Positions 50,940-64,000 of a stretch of 64,000 bases of DNA are shown here, piece after piece. Both the position numbers and the translations under genes were made by a program. The stretch comes from Lytechinus variegatus. Taxonomy: Eukaryota. Position 1 is the stretch's first letter; the number at the start of each line of letters is the position of its first letter. The notes beneath the pieces are model-generated. The model was not told the origin of the DNA. It did no database searches and worked only from the letters and a program-made list of their open reading frames with translations. The stretch spans positions 16,118,441-16,182,440 of the forward strand of contig NC_054742.1 in NCBI RefSeq assembly GCF_018143015.1. Reading direction: 5' to 3'.

Positions 50940-51570
50940 AAGAAATGTGATGGAGGTGCACAAGTCAACAAACTTTAAGAAGGGAATATTTTACTTCCCA
51001 TGATAGCCTGTCAAACGGATCACACTGTGCAAACATCCCCAGCAGTGCCAACATCAACAGCAGTGCAAAGAGAAGTAGTGTTACCCACAATATAGACAAG
51101 GTCCAGAACATTACCAAAGACAATACCCTATATTCACATCGAAAACAAGATAATCTGTTGTTAAAACAGATGTCCTCAATACATTTAAAGACATACTTGA
51201 AGATATTGAAGAAGTTTCCCTGAGTGCAAATGACACAACTAAGAAGATTTTGCTGAATATATCTTCTACCATGACAGACAGAGCAAGTACCCAGCAGAAA
51301 TTCAATTTGTTAGAAGAATATTGCAAGGAAATTCTCCCACAGACTGTTGAAAATTATGACTTGCTTTCTGAGAATGAGAAGTTGTCTTTTGGAAAGTTAT
51401 GTAACTTTTTCAGTGGTCTCCATGCACTTGTCCACTTGGCTGAGATATCATCAGCATCATTTTGTGAAACTCAACAAGGGTTTTTCGGTGAAGAAGTAAC
51501 CGTCTTTGTCAAGTCATTTAGGAAATCAACAGAATCTGGCACAACCAGGCTCGTCCGAAACAGTCTGTAA
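50940..51570 (+). pseudogene. Frameshifted ORF of unknown function (...DVLNTFKDILEDIEEVSLSANDTTKKILLNISSTMTDRASTQQKFNLLEEYCKEILPQTVENYDLLSENEKLSFGKLCNFFSGLHALVHLAEISS...). Possibly a degenerate transposase-derived fragment. Overlaps listed ORF 51250..51570.
   Basis: Long reading frame needing one frameshift near 51150-51200. No confident homology by eye. Lies next to the TIR-element copy at 51655-52018. Confidence 0.3.
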
Positions 51571-51654
51571 AAGCGATATCTCAGGGTGGTGATGAAAAAT
51601 CTGGCTGCCATGGTAGAGTTTTGTATTACGCTAAGCCATGGTTGAAGAGTCAAT

Positions 51655-52018
51655 GTAGGGCTGTATTCGTTAAAAAAATTGTTGATATCGCGCTAAAATA
51701 TTGACATATCGACAAAAGAACAGAATGTGCATTTTTTTTATGCATTAAAGCGATGTCACATACTCGCGTTGGTCAAAAATTTGTATCTGCCACTGTACCA
51801 ACGAGTGGAGTGCAGTCATGTTTAGATTGTCATGATTATAGCGAAGTGAGGCGAGATCGTGTTTTGTGGCTTGTGAGTATTCATATTTTGTGAAGATTTT
51901 GGAGCAATTTCTGTTGCTGTTCAGTGCAGTTTGAGGAAAAATATGTTTTCCATGATTTTCCGTTTGAAAAGCCACTTTCAAAAGGCAGTTTCCATGAAAT
52001 AGCGGAAAATCACTGTCT
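51655..52018 (-). mobile_element. Internally deleted copy of the 15238-16044 element family, in opposite orientation. Shares cacttcgctacaatcatga(t/c)aat, the ggtcaaaa...ctgtaccaac segment and a GAAAATCACTGTC terminus.
   Basis: Segmental similarity read directly. Left boundary uncertain. Confidence 0.5.
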
Positions 52019-52652
52019 CAACATAATAGCAGGTATTATCAACGAGAGAAACGTTATCGTTATCGCTAGGTGGCAAAAACAAGCGATTATCGACAAAAGT
52101 CAAGACTATCGATAAAGACGTTATCGATAACATTAACAGACCAAAGTGAAGGATACTTGAGCAGTTTTGCGGAAAAATAGATTTCAAAACATTGCATGCA
52201 TGACCGTCACGCATGCGATATTTCGAAATCGGCAGTCAATCGCCATGGACCGCGGTACAAACATGACGACTTACGTCTTTTTACGAGCAAAACCCTTGAT
52301 TCCATCAAGATCAAGCACATTTGACTTTAGCCAGGATCTTGCCTTCTGTCTGGTATTTATGATTAATTTTGTGTAAATTGTGAGAAATATTTTATTGAAA
52401 ATCAACTTCATGATAATTTTTAAAACGTGCGCAACTTATGGTCACCCCATCATACCATACATGGGAGCTCTCCCATATGAATTATGATATCGGCCGTGCA
52501 CCCATACAGCCTCACACGACGAGAAATCCTAGCAATGGGACTGAGGCTGCAGAGCACAGAAGAACGAAAGACACACGACACATAATAAGTCATTAAAAAA
52601 AAAACACAATGTTGTCAGACTCAGAGTAATATACACTTTCCCTAAAACTTAC

Positions 52653-52701
52653 CACTTCCAATGTTGTGGATTTCGGTTGCCTGCTGTACGAGAGTGGACA
52701 T
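52653..52701 (-). CDS. MTX2: MTX2 exon 1. ATG at 52701-52699, MSTLVQQATEIHNIGS plus 1 nt. Donor GTAAGT.
   Basis: Matches the human MTX2 N-terminus MSLVAEAFVSQIAA. Perfect GTAAGT donor (minus strand, 52652-52647). Phase compatible with exon 2. Upstream region 52702-52900 is not repetitive. Confidence 0.65.
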
Positions 52702-52862
52702 TTTACCAGAATTTGTGCGAGATCGATCGATGGAGCATTATTATTACGGGGCCGAAGCCGGCCTGATTATCGGTATCCGACAATTGATGATATAGCTATT
52801 CAAATAACTTCAAAGCTAAAAAAGTGCAAATGAATCATGGGTCAACGAGCGACAAAACCACC

Positions 52863-52870
52863 GTGACGTG
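52863..52870 (-). promoter_or_regulatory. CRE/ATF-like TGACGTG motif about 165 bp upstream of the MTX2 start codon, in a non-repetitive, relatively GC-rich putative promoter region (52702-52900).
   Basis: Motif visible in sequence. Position relative to the inferred ATG. No TSS data. Confidence 0.25.
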
Positions 52871-53164
52871 TTTAATTTCCAGGGTTGCTCCTTTTTTTAT
52901 ATTTTTTCTCTTAAAAGTAAAAAATCTAAAAAACTAGGCTGATTTCTTTTGAATCAGTACCGGTACTTTGTTTTTCGTTCAATTTCCAGGAGGCCAGTAA
53001 GAGCTAGAGGAGAAAACAGAAGATATTAGAAATATTAAGTTGGAAAGTCAAGCCCCTTTTCATTTTTAGCACCACATTACCCTTCTGCTGGAGACGGTAG
53101 GAAATTGCATTTAGTGGTTTCAGTATGGATAGCCAATTGTCACATAAATCAGTAACAGTAGAGA

Positions 53165-53547
53165 TCTGGGGGGGGGGCACTCAGTATATAATGCATAGTG
53201 GGTATGTGCCGCGGAGGGGACCCCCATTACACTCAAATTTCCGTTCCAGGGAATAGCATTTTTTCTTATTGAGAAAAAACACAAAGAATGCCGCTCCAAG
53301 GCATAGCATTTTCTTCTTATCAAGAAAAGCTGCATCATACACGCATACCCGTTCAATAGGGATGCATACGCACTCACACGCTAAGCTTAGGACCCCCGTT
53401 TTCACAAACATTTGTAGTTCCGTAGCCCGTTCCAGGACCCTCCTTTATACAATTAGCCCGCTCCAAGGCCCCCATTTTTTGTCTCGCCCGCAGCACACCC
53501 CAACCACTTTTTGGTCGAGTGCCCCCCCCCTCCCCGGGGTAGAGATG
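53165..53547 (+). mobile_element. Complete ~390-bp MITE with poly-G terminal inverted repeats (CTGGGGGGGGGGCACTC ... GAGTGCCCCCCCCCTCCCCGG).
   Basis: TIRs read directly. Internal sequence shared with 8036-8150, 9285-9375 and 12300-12545. ORFs 53120..53377, 53181..53411 and 53269..53562 are repeat-derived. Confidence 0.8.
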
Positions 53548-56500
53548 TCATACTTCAGCTAATTTAGCTCTCAAATCATTCATAATTGTCTAGGAAGTAT
53601 AAATAGATGATTGCCTTCACCATCGATGAATCAGGAAGGAGCACAGTAAACATGAGAAACATACAACATAATAAAAATTTTGATTCTTTTGGCTTCCCAT
53701 ACTTAAACCACAACTTTAAACCTGAGTTTAAGTTAAACCTGCTATCAGAATACGGGCCATAGAGTTTAGTTATGTGGTCCCTAAGCCTTCAATATTGTTT
53801 GGAGGGGGGGGGAATAATTTTTGAGACTCATTGACAAGTGACCACGTGGCATAATGAGAAAAAATTGTGAGATATACGATATGGCGTTATAGCGTAAAAT
53901 TACTAAAAAGTTACCAGTAAAGCGAGCAAGCCAAAATTTTGAGATTTTTATTGCAAAAATCCAAGTTTGTGATTGATTTTGATATATATATATTATTTTC
54001 ATATATTTTACCCTTATCCCTTTCCTTTTCTTTTTTTTTTGAGGGGGGGGGTGGGGTTGGGCAAGAGTCCCCCCAAAAAAAAAATCTATATGCACATGAG
54101 TGACCACAAAAACATTGGGAAACTTAACTGGCCTAGGCCTCACTAATTTTCAGAGAAATCCAACCCAAATATAAAAATATTCTCTTTAAAAAGAGGAGCA
54201 GATAGAAAAGAGTTTGAACATATTCTTCTGAACAATATGAAAGTTGAAAAAAGTTCATAGCACTGAGCCCATGGTTATTTTGAATTGTTAACCTCTGTGA
54301 TGCCATTATGATATAGGATCCAATATGCTCTGATAATTAAGTGAAATGCCTCTTTTTTCAAAAAATTCACTCAGAATATTTAGTGCAACCTTTCTTTGTG
54401 AGAACAAAATATGCTATTGATGTGTATGTTATTGCTCCTCAGCATATGAGAATTTCATATCAAATCAATTCTAAATTTATTGTGATTTATCCCACAAAAA
54501 ATAAATTCAATGATACACAGAGTACTAATGCATTGATGATTTTTAAAATGAAGTTTCATTAATTTGCAACCTTTACTTTTTATTCCTTTCATTCCACTTA
54601 AAAAAAAGGAAATGCATAATGCTGATGTAAAAGATCCTATGAGGGATTCATATTAAATGGCACACATATTTCCTCACATCCTTAAACACATTTTTTTTCT
54701 CATAAAAAAGTCTTGCAAATGCAATTAATATGCTATACATTCAAAATGCATGTACTTTAATGAGAGATATCTTTGAGAAATATCAATGGTTTCATAATTC
54801 TGACAGAACGAACATAACATAATGGATCATACCCAAAAAAATCTATATAAAAATACTTCAAATATTCACTTTATGGACATTAAATCAACTAATAAATACA
54901 TGAAATCATGCATAATTTGTTTCATATAGCAACAAATCAAAATTCTCAGATGATCTCAAGTATAATAAATTACTTCATTTATCCATGGCTTCAGGATGTG
55001 TATAAGATCAGAAAGTTTGTCCATAGTACTCTTTATGTTGACACAACATATTGTGATAACTTCTCAAAACTGATTAAGCTTAACTAGCAAGCATGACTCC
55101 TTCAGTCATTTACAATCATGTCTGAAATCTGTTCTGTCTGCAGCACTGTGTAACATACACAAAATACATTCATGCTTGTTCGGACACAACTGCTGGTGCA
55201 GACATTCACATAATGATGCTTGAAAATAAATTATCTGAACTATTCACAATACAGAAATTACCACGAATATTGCAAATCCAATGGCTATGATATTCTATCA
55301 TCAAGGCCAGTATGGTGTACTGCTGGATCTCATCACCAAGCTTCTACAAGAACAACAAATGTGGGGAAATGGCTTTTACTACATTAAAAACAGAACAGAC
55401 CAATATGGTTGAAGATCTGATATTATTTTGACAAATCATTTAAAAAATAAACATACATAGTTACATAAATTTAGCAAATGATTTATCTATGTTTTCTTTT
55501 ATCTCTTTTGACACAAATATTCACAGATAATTTTGGGTAACAAGCATAACTCACATACAATATTACAATATCTAAAACGAGAGAATGAAATTATACTAAA
55601 TTAATAAAAATTTGTGAAGATTTCAACAACAAAATGGCAAAGAAAATAAAGTAAAACTGTGTCTGTCTTTTACTACTTTTGTTGGATACTAACTGGAATA
55701 AATGTTGTATCTACATACAGTCATTGTATACAGCTCCAAACTGAAGATAAATATATATTGACAATTTACATTCTAAAGAGGTAATGGAATGACTATTCAT
55801 CCTGGTTTGTTTATCTAAGGCTTTGATATACAATATTAACTCCAGTATACAAAGATGGCAGAGTGTATAAACATTCCACACCTACATACATGCATCAATT
55901 ATTACAGACCAAATATACTCTGATATCATGCCGGTTTTAATAGGTTAAAACTCATCAAGCGAAGCAGTACAAATTCCATTAAAATGATATTTAATAAATA
56001 ACAAAATACGGAGTTCTAAGTTTGCAATTTTCATGCAACAGTAAATGATGTATGTTAATTCGTAAACCTATGTTACAAACCTGGTTTTCCTTATGTTTTC
56101 CATCAAATTTTGAACCCTCTGATCACAGAATGTGAAACATACTTTTAAATTCTCGCTGGATGCATTAAGTGCTCATATGAAACAATGAACAATTTTTGTT
56201 AACATCTCTGATGAAAGTGAATATTTGGGATTTCAAATTATAAAATACCTAATGAAAAAAAATGAATATATGACATCACCATCTCACTCATTTCCATACA
56301 GCCTAATGTAGGCTCTGTATATCATTTCTGTTCAATGAAATAATGCTTGACACTAAAATTTGGCCAAAATGATGGAATTCATACTGTTCTGCTAGTTCAT
56401 ATTTGAATATCTTTGTTCAATCAGCATCATGTCAGAGTAAACTTGACTTGGGTTAACATCATCCTATCTATATTTACATTATGAATATTAGACTAACATC

Positions 56501-59139
56501 ATGAATTTCTCATGATGATACATTTTTACAAGAGATGGCGAGAAGATGGTTTTATGTTACTTTAGTAATGACCACTTCAGTTGATCCTTGGCTGACTGTA
56601 GCACCTGAGAAAAGTGAAACAAAGAGAAAGGGGACAGAATTAAAACAATATGGTACCTTCATGAATAAATTATTTGTGAAACAATAAAAAAGAAGTAAAT
56701 CTATTGAACAATTAGGACACATACATTTACTCTGTTACAAGGTTTCACAACTTGAAATCATAACTTTTGCTCACATAATTTTATAATAATTAAAACATAC
56801 TGTCAACTGATATTTCAAAATGGAGAAGATATCATCAATATTGTTTATTTTTGCTCCATTATTTCTTTTAAATGATAAATTTCTTACGTTTATATCTGGT
56901 TATAGACAAATTGGACTTGGGTGCTGTTTTTAAGGTATTTCTATTTTAATATTCTCATTTGAAGCATTTTTATCATCATTTATCACAAAATAAGATAATT
57001 GTCTTGAATTATAAACTAACAAAAGAAGATATACACCCATTTACATCCTGTCTCTTTGTTAGCATATTGATACATCATGATAAATGTGGTAATCATTCAA
57101 TTAATCTGATTTTACAAAGGGCAGTAAGATTGCCATTTACATATAATTCTGTCATCCATCATTTAGAAAGATGAGAAAAATTAAATGTAAAAAAGTGACG
57201 AAAGAAGGGATGTTGCAATGCCAAGAAAGAAAAGAACCATCTATCTACATGTACATATTGAAAAAGAAAATTTATTAATACATCCCCTAAAAAATATTGT
57301 TTTCCAGACTAAATTTATACAAATTACAAAAAACACTGTACTTCTATAACCAGAGGTTTATTTCTTAGAATGAGTATACAAAATACAAGTACACTTTGCT
57401 TGTGTATTAAACTTAAGATTTCAGGATAGATTATCGATATAGATACTTTTTTATAGATAATATCAAGTTAATATTTCACTTAGGATAAATTTCCAGGAGT
57501 TAAGCAAAAGGTTTGGGAAAGAAATTAAGTGGAAATTGGGTTTTCTTTTAATACTACATTCCATGCAAATTCTAAGTAGATCGGCTGCTTGCATATGGGG
57601 CTTCTGACTCAGCATAAATGCGCATAGCATGGGAAAGGAATATTTAAACACCATGCAAAATAGCATGTGTAAGAGCGCCATCTAGTGTCAAATGATACAA
57701 TCAACCCACACGTATCAGCTTCCCATGGTTTCACAGGCTTAATTCATTCCCCTTAGACTCATGTGTTAAATTGGCACTTTAAAAAATTCATAAAAAATAA
57801 GGATGAAATTCGGGGGTTGAATATTTACTACCAGTGGATAGGATTTATATCTGGCAATCCATATCTGACCAGAAAAGGGTCCCTCGACCGGCTCATTTTA
57901 AAATAAATTGGCGTGTTTGAAGACACCTTCGGGGGGAGCAGATTCATCACCTCAAACAGCAAAATAGCCCTAATCCTTCCGCCAGTGAAAATATAGTCCA
58001 AAATTGGTGATATTTCTTCCCAATTTGGGAAAAGGAAGTTCAGTAATTACCAAAAATAGAATCAGTGTTAGATGGACAATCATATGCATACACTTTGTCT
58101 ATCAGCCATATCAAAATAAAAAAAATAGCAATGGGTTGGCTCGAATGAATATTTATGGCCTGCCACTAGTGATTAGGCCCGTGAAACCCCATGCTTATAT
58201 CCTAGACTAAATAAGGATAAAAAGAATATTTTAGTCAATTTTGGATAGTTTCTAGTTGTTTTTGTTAAATCTTGAATTGTAGGTAATCAATTATTAGCCT
58301 ACTGAAATCCAATTAGAAATAACCTAACATATATGATGCTTTTACATAGCATCCGGGAGACATTTCTATTTTTTTTTACTTTTTTTTTCATTAGACAAGT
58401 GGGACTAAATAGTTTGAACCATTCCAAATAGAAATTTAAAAAAAAATCATAAAAAGACAAGTGAATAAATGAATAACTAAAAAAATAATGTAGATGAATG
58501 CATAATTTTACAACTGAATGACTAGATATATAAATGAATAAAACATACCTCAATTAATAATCAAAATAAATAAATGCATCAATAAATGAATAAGTCGAAT
58601 AAATAAATAAATATAACCTGTTGGCACAATACACACATGAATTTTGAAGCTAGAAATTGCTAAATGAGTTTGCTTTGTGATCCCAATAATATAAAAAAAT
58701 CCATAAAAGATTTTCACAATAACAAGTTAGTTCATAATGCAAACAGACCAAAGATAATAATTCTAGTTAGCAACTGTTATTTACAAGTGCAATGCTGTAC
58801 AAAGATACAATATTAAGAAAAAATATATATGGATGTCGTTAGGTGTTCAACAATCTTGCTCTATCACTAAATTTCTAGAAAACAATGCAAGTAATTGGTT
58901 CCATTGAATAAAACAATTTTGATGGAATTTGTTTCATTAAATATAGTTTTTTTTTATTCTACTTTGTTTTTTCCTTCAACATTCAAAACAAATAAATGCA
59001 ATAAAAACCTATGGACCCAATAAAATGTATTGTTAATTTCATTTGTCTATATATCATCATGCTACATTTGACATATCAATTGTGACACCGTTCAATTGTT
59101 TCTGGTCATGTAGAAGCAAGGTCATATCTCCTCCCTCCT

Positions 59140-59275
59140 CTTTCCTTCCTCATTTCTTCCTTCTCCTCCTCCTCCTCCCCTCCTCCTTCTTCTTCTTCTC
59201 CTCCTCCTCCTCCTTCTTCTCCTTCTTCTTTGCCTTCTTCTTCTTCCTCTTCTTTTTCTTCTCTCTTTCTCTCAC
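59140..59275 (+). repeat. (CTC/CTT)n microsatellite-like tract.
   Basis: Read directly. ORF 59043..59303 is an artefact of it. Confidence 0.9.
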
Positions 59276-59839
59276 AAATTCAATAATACAAGTGATCTTA
59301 TAACTACACTAGGATGGATCTAAATAAAAAATTATACTCAGCAGCAGGGCAAAACCCAATGAAATAAGGCAACCATGCAAAATGTTAAAAAGGGGGAAAT
59401 GGTGTATGAGAAGTGTAAGTTCTTGGCATGTTAGAAGTATTATGCAACATCGGCATGAGTTCAAGAAACCATCTCAGCAAGCAAAATATAGCGAGCAACC
59501 AATCAGAATGGACCAATGACTTACATCCAACTTGCTGCTGATGACCTTTTATACCACAACAGAGGGAGGCACAAAACATAAACAAAAATAAATGAAATAA
59601 AGGCAAAGGGATATGACAAAGCACAAGAAAAAAAATCAGCATGAAAATAAAATTCACAAGATACTATTGACTTGAGAAATATAGTAGCACTGATTTTCAA
59701 TCTAAAGAGTACTTCTTTCCTTTTCTTCAAAATAATGAATATATTCCCAAACAAGAGTGTCACTAAAGCGCGCACATAATATGCCTGTCTGTAACACAAA
59801 AAATGAAGCTGTTGGTCAAGCAAGAAAGTGGAAAGTGGT

Positions 59840-60680
59840 GACTTCACCTTTGACCTTCTGACCTCAAAATCAATAGAACTGCTGGGATCTATGCTAGTAT
59901 CACATGCACCAAATTATATGAGCCTAGTTTAAGTTAACTGAAATTATTGCGTTTTCAAGGACTGAAGAAAGGTAAGATGAAAACATGTCACAGTGATCTT
60001 GACCTTTGAGCTTTTAACCTCAAAGTCAATAGGCTTCCTGGGATCCATACTAGTATTATACACACCAAATTATATGAGCCTAGGTTAAGTTAAACTAAAG
60101 TTATCGCATTTACACGGACTTCAGATGGGTAAGATAAAAACATGTCTGTGTGACCTTGACCTTCAACATTTTGACCTCAAAATCAATGGGCTAAATGGGA
60201 TCCACACTAGTATCATATGCACCAAATTATATGAGCTTAGGTTAAGTTAAACTGGACTTATCATGTTTACAACGACTGCAGAAGGGTAAGATGAAAATAT
60301 GTCACTGTGACCTTGACATTTGACCTTTTGACCTCAAAATCAATAGGCTTCCTGAGATCCATGCTATTATCATACACACCACATTATATTTAGCCTGGGT
60401 TAAGTTTAACTGAAATTAACTAACTGAAATTAACACGTTTACAAGGACTGCAGAAGGGTAAGATGAAAATATGTCATTGTGACCTTGACATTTGACCTTT
60501 TGACCTCAAAATCAATAGGCTTCCTGAGATCCATGCTATTATCATACACACCAAATTATATGAGCCTAGGTTAAGTAAAACTGAAGTTATCACGTTTACA
60601 AGGAAAAGTGAACGGACGGACAGACAGACGGACACTGTGCGTGATACCATAGTACGTCCCATCTAGGACGGGCATATAAA
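59840..60680 (-). repeat. Family-B array in reverse orientation: about 5 tandem ~150-bp units followed by the inverted element head (60600-60680).
   Basis: Periodicity read directly. ORFs 60474..60662 and 60571..60885 are repeat-derived. Confidence 0.85.
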
Positions 60681-60689
60681 ATAGAGTGA

Positions 60690-61010
60690 TATCATGCACA
60701 TCATGGTGGTATGAACTGGTGGATCCAGGGGGGAGGGGGGCACAGCTGGACCGTGCCCCCCCCCCTTTGAGAGCCATAATAAAAATTTGTAATGTAAATG
60801 TACTGTTTTTACACAAGTCAGACCCCCCCCCCTTAGTTAAGGCCTTTTTTGTATGTTTTTTGCTTGTCAAATTTTCCATGGACAAAATGACCTAAAATTT
60901 TACATGAAAAGCTTGGTTTTTTTTGGGGGGGGACTTGTCAAATTTTCATCAGGAACATGTGCCCCCCCCCCTCCTTTGAAAATCCTGGATCTGCCCCTGG
61001 TGGTATGGGC
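60690..61010 (+). mobile_element. Poly-G/poly-C-rich element (ggtggatccaggggggaggggggcac...gtgccccccccc...cctggatctgcccctggtgg) adjacent to the inverted family-B head.
   Basis: Read directly. ORFs 60686..60895 and 60853..61038 are inside. Confidence 0.45.
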
Positions 61011-62769
61011 CATGCAAAAATCCATAAATTGCAAATAAGTCAAATAAGGTAGGCTATATGATCAAATCCTCTATTGATATTGCAGCTATAAAGTTTTCTT
61101 CATTTGATTTAAGGCTTTTATTTTCCCCCTTCATGCAATGAAAACGAATAAAATTTTCATGATTTATAAATGATAAAATCCGAGTGATTGACTAAATTTG
61201 AGATTTTAAGATTTTATAGAAGTCTAAACAAAACTTTCATTGGTACATCAAGCTACTACATTCAAGCACATTGTGTTTCAATTTCATATTTCTAGATGTG
61301 TCTGGAATCAGTATCATACACATTACAATATTGAATAATAATTAAATTTAAAGTTAAAACATTTAAAGGAGAGATGTTTTCACTGAATTGTGAAATTTAT
61401 TAATAATTTAACCATCTATAACTAAAACATTTTCACATCTCCCAGGAATAAACAATAACTTAAGAGTAAAATATCCCCTGTCTGATGATATATTATTGAT
61501 GTGTGATTAAAAGAATTGGAACACTGACTGCTGATAACAGTGTTCCAATTATAAATGTATTATCTCTTACTTTTATTAATGTCATACAGTATGATACACA
61601 AGTCATATACATGCACTGATTACAAACAGACTGATATATAGAAACAAAAGACAAATTTAACAGATTGGGTGATACATATTACATTATTCATTATTATGTT
61701 TATTAATACCTGTGACATGGTCTGTTCAGTAATTGGTACATCATCCCCTCTCAGTGAAACTCTTTGTGCAACAGCATTTGGGTCTGCTTCAAGAACAATC
61801 CTGAGAAATGAGAACAATCAGCAAAGAGAATTGGCGCATATACATTATGTACAGTGCTTAGTAGAGACCTAAAAAAAGGCTTTTTTATTTGCACTCCTTA
61901 GAACTAAGAACAGGAGAGCTCAGATTCACTTTCAGAAAGTTATTAAATATCTTCATATTTGGATGTAAGTGCGTGGTACAAGATCTAGGTTTACTGTTAT
62001 TTACTGACCAGAGCTCTTCATCTTTTTGCACTATTTGTTTCTAGTCAACGTAAAGAAATACAGGCAGTACAAAATTATTTTAACAGTGGATTGAAATGAA
62101 TTAATTGCAATATATAATTAGGAAGCTATTTTGTCATTTTATATTAAAAGGGTTGGGGGCATTCAACTGTTGTTGTATCATCTTTATTCACAGTTTTAAA
62201 AAATGGCACATTCACATACAGATAAATAGATACGCTCAAATTCTTAAGTTTTTCTTGTGAATTTGAGATAATCAGCTTAAGCTTCAGACCAACAATAAAA
62301 GGTAACAACATCCCTTGTCATTAAAGGGAAAAGGAATTAAATGTCACATATCCTTTGTTTTAGGAGTAATCTAAAACAGATGTAGACGAGTTGACATCAA
62401 TTGTCTCTGAGAATTGGAACAGCAAAATTTGTAACCCGATACTTGTACAGCATTCAGACACAAATTGATTCCAATCTCAAATATATCACAAATACCAAAC
62501 AAATCTTTTATTTTTTGTTGCATGGAAGGAAACTCTTTTATTTAATCACATCCTGCCTAGACAATCCCCTCATTTCCATCAATGGTTTGAATTTCATTAG
62601 CTTTCTGTTTGCTTCTTTTTTATCTTTATATCTCTATGTCTGATTGGATAGTTCATCAGATTTTGTTTTAAACTGATTTTGGCCTTATTGTGGCCATGTT
62701 TAGGAAAAATAATCTTAAAAACCTAAAAAAACAAATTGTGTTAAAATGGATAGGAAGAAACAATGCTGA

Positions 62770-62990
62770 ATGTACAGAATGGTGTTGTGCTCCTCAATTC
62801 CAAGGCCGACCTCAAGGATGTTTATGTATCCTCGACCTTGTCCTTGGCTTTTGACATATAGTCCTTGGCCTTTGAGTCTGAAGTCCTTGGCCTTGGTCTC
62901 GAAAGAGGCAGGAAAAGGCCAGTAGCGACCGCACAGAAATTCTTTTAGTGGCGGTGTTGTTAGCGCTAACAAGTCACTAACAAATCAGCC
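62770..62990 (+). repeat. Short tandem repeats ((A/G)AGTCCTTGGCC x about 4) followed by a palindrome tgttagcgctaaca and CACTAACA repeats.
   Basis: Read directly. ORF 62715..62972(-) overlaps. Confidence 0.6.
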
Positions 62991-63269
62991 ACTAACACCA
63001 TAAGCAGAATGGCCGCATAGATAGTGCTGTTAAGCACAAGTGTTGTTAGTGGGTTTGAGCCATAGAGTTAGGAAAAGTCTATGACATACTGTACTGATCG
63101 ATGTTTGGACTGATATAGTGTGAGGGACCTTTATCCCATAGGCTCAATGCATTATTCCTATTAAACCAGGGATCGGCTACATTGATTCTTACTTTGTGAT
63201 GAAATTGTACCAGTGTTATTGACTGAATTCTGATAATTTCAAGATAATTCATAGACTTATCCATGTAAA

Positions 63270-63700
63270 ATAAACTTTGACCTTGGTCATGTGACCTGAA
63301 ACTTGCACAGGATGTTTGCTGATACTTCATTGCTCTTATATTCAAGTTTCATAAACAAGATCTATGAACTTTCAAAGTTATGATGGCAATGAAACAAATT
63401 CTCCAGCATGGCCAGATGACCTTTGATCTTGGTAATGTGACTTGAAACTCACACCAGATAATTGGTGTTTAACCATTATATTTATGTCCAAGTTTCATAA
63501 AATAAATCCATAAACAGTCAAAGTTATGATGACATATCACAAACTTAACCTCGGTTAAGATTTTGATGTTGATTCCCCCAACATGGTCTAATTTCATTGA
63601 CCCAAAATGATCTTTGACCTTGGTCATGTGGCCAAAACTCAGGCAGGATGCTCAGTAATACTTGATTAACCTTATTATGTCCAAGTTTCATCAACAATCA
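63270..63700 (+). repeat. Satellite array A3: about 3 diverged units of the same ~150-bp satellite, lacking the conserved flanks seen at A1 and A2.
   Basis: Direct reading (tgaccttggtcatgtgacctgaaacttgcacaggatgtt... recurring). Confidence 0.8.
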
Positions 63701-64000
63701 ACATGCTTTGCATAGATACATGTCATGTTGAAAAATTTTCGAGCTCATTGGAAAACAAGTAAAAAGGGAATGGTACAGTCCGACAGCAGGTCCCTATGCT
63801 AATGAGCAAAAAGGCCAGATTCATCCAAATCATCTCGTGGCTGAATCCTCCTCCCTGCAAAATCTTGTGAATCATGAAATTTTCTTTCTCTAAAAATTCT
63901 CAAGTTAAATCAAATATCATTTCACCATCAGATAGAGTAAATGTTACTCTTTCTTATTGGTCATTTATTATGTATAAAATATTTTGATAAGTAAGTGAAT

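Noticed and set aside
56553-56605. Possible 3'-terminal exon on the minus strand (acceptor tttctcAG, short ORF ending TAA).
   Set aside because: Three reading frames are all open over only about 15 codons, with no homology. Insufficient evidence.
61730-61810. Possible minus-strand internal exon ([30 protein letters not shown]) with AG acceptor and GTATTA donor.
   Set aside because: No homology recognised and no adjoining exons identified. Could be chance.
1-64000. Prokaryotic-style features: operons, RBS, CRISPR arrays, defence islands, tRNA/rRNA genes.
   Set aside because: The sequence is clearly eukaryotic (GT-AG introns, MITEs, retroelements, AT-rich intergenic DNA). No CRISPR-like regularly spaced repeats with unique spacers and no rRNA or canonical tRNA were seen.

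Overview
Eukaryotic (probably invertebrate metazoan) nuclear DNA: AT-rich, spliceosomal introns, extremely transposon-dense, with nothing resembling a prokaryotic operon or defence system. Two convergently oriented protein-coding genes for nuclear-encoded mitochondrial proteins can be reconstructed by homology. (1) An MRPL9-like gene (mitochondrial ribosomal protein L9) on the + strand: 7 coding exons, 24766 to 36484, with strong similarity to human MRPL9 in exons 2, 3, 5, 6 and 7. (2) A metaxin-2 (MTX2) orthologue on the - strand: 7 coding exons, 52701 down to 40786, encoding 270 aa colinear with human MTX2. The genes' introns and flanks are packed with mobile and repetitive DNA. The most unusual structure is a roughly 150-bp satellite. 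Each unit carries a perfect nuclear-receptor DR1 element (AGGTCAAAGGTCA). It sits as roughly 7-unit arrays inside two copies of a compound non-autonomous element whose flanks share modules with a roughly 390-bp MITE that has poly-G terminal inverted repeats. Other content: a Penelope-like retroelement partial tandem (RT plus a GIY-YIG-like tail) with about 250-bp direct repeats, inserted in a second AGGTCA-rich tandem family; TTAA-flanked piggyBac-like MITEs in two full copies; several other TIR or foldback elements; and assorted mini- and microsatellites. Most ORFs in the supplied six-frame track fall in repeats or low-complexity DNA and are not real genes. The organism cannot be identified from sequence alone. 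All coordinates and classifications are from manual reading and need computational confirmation.
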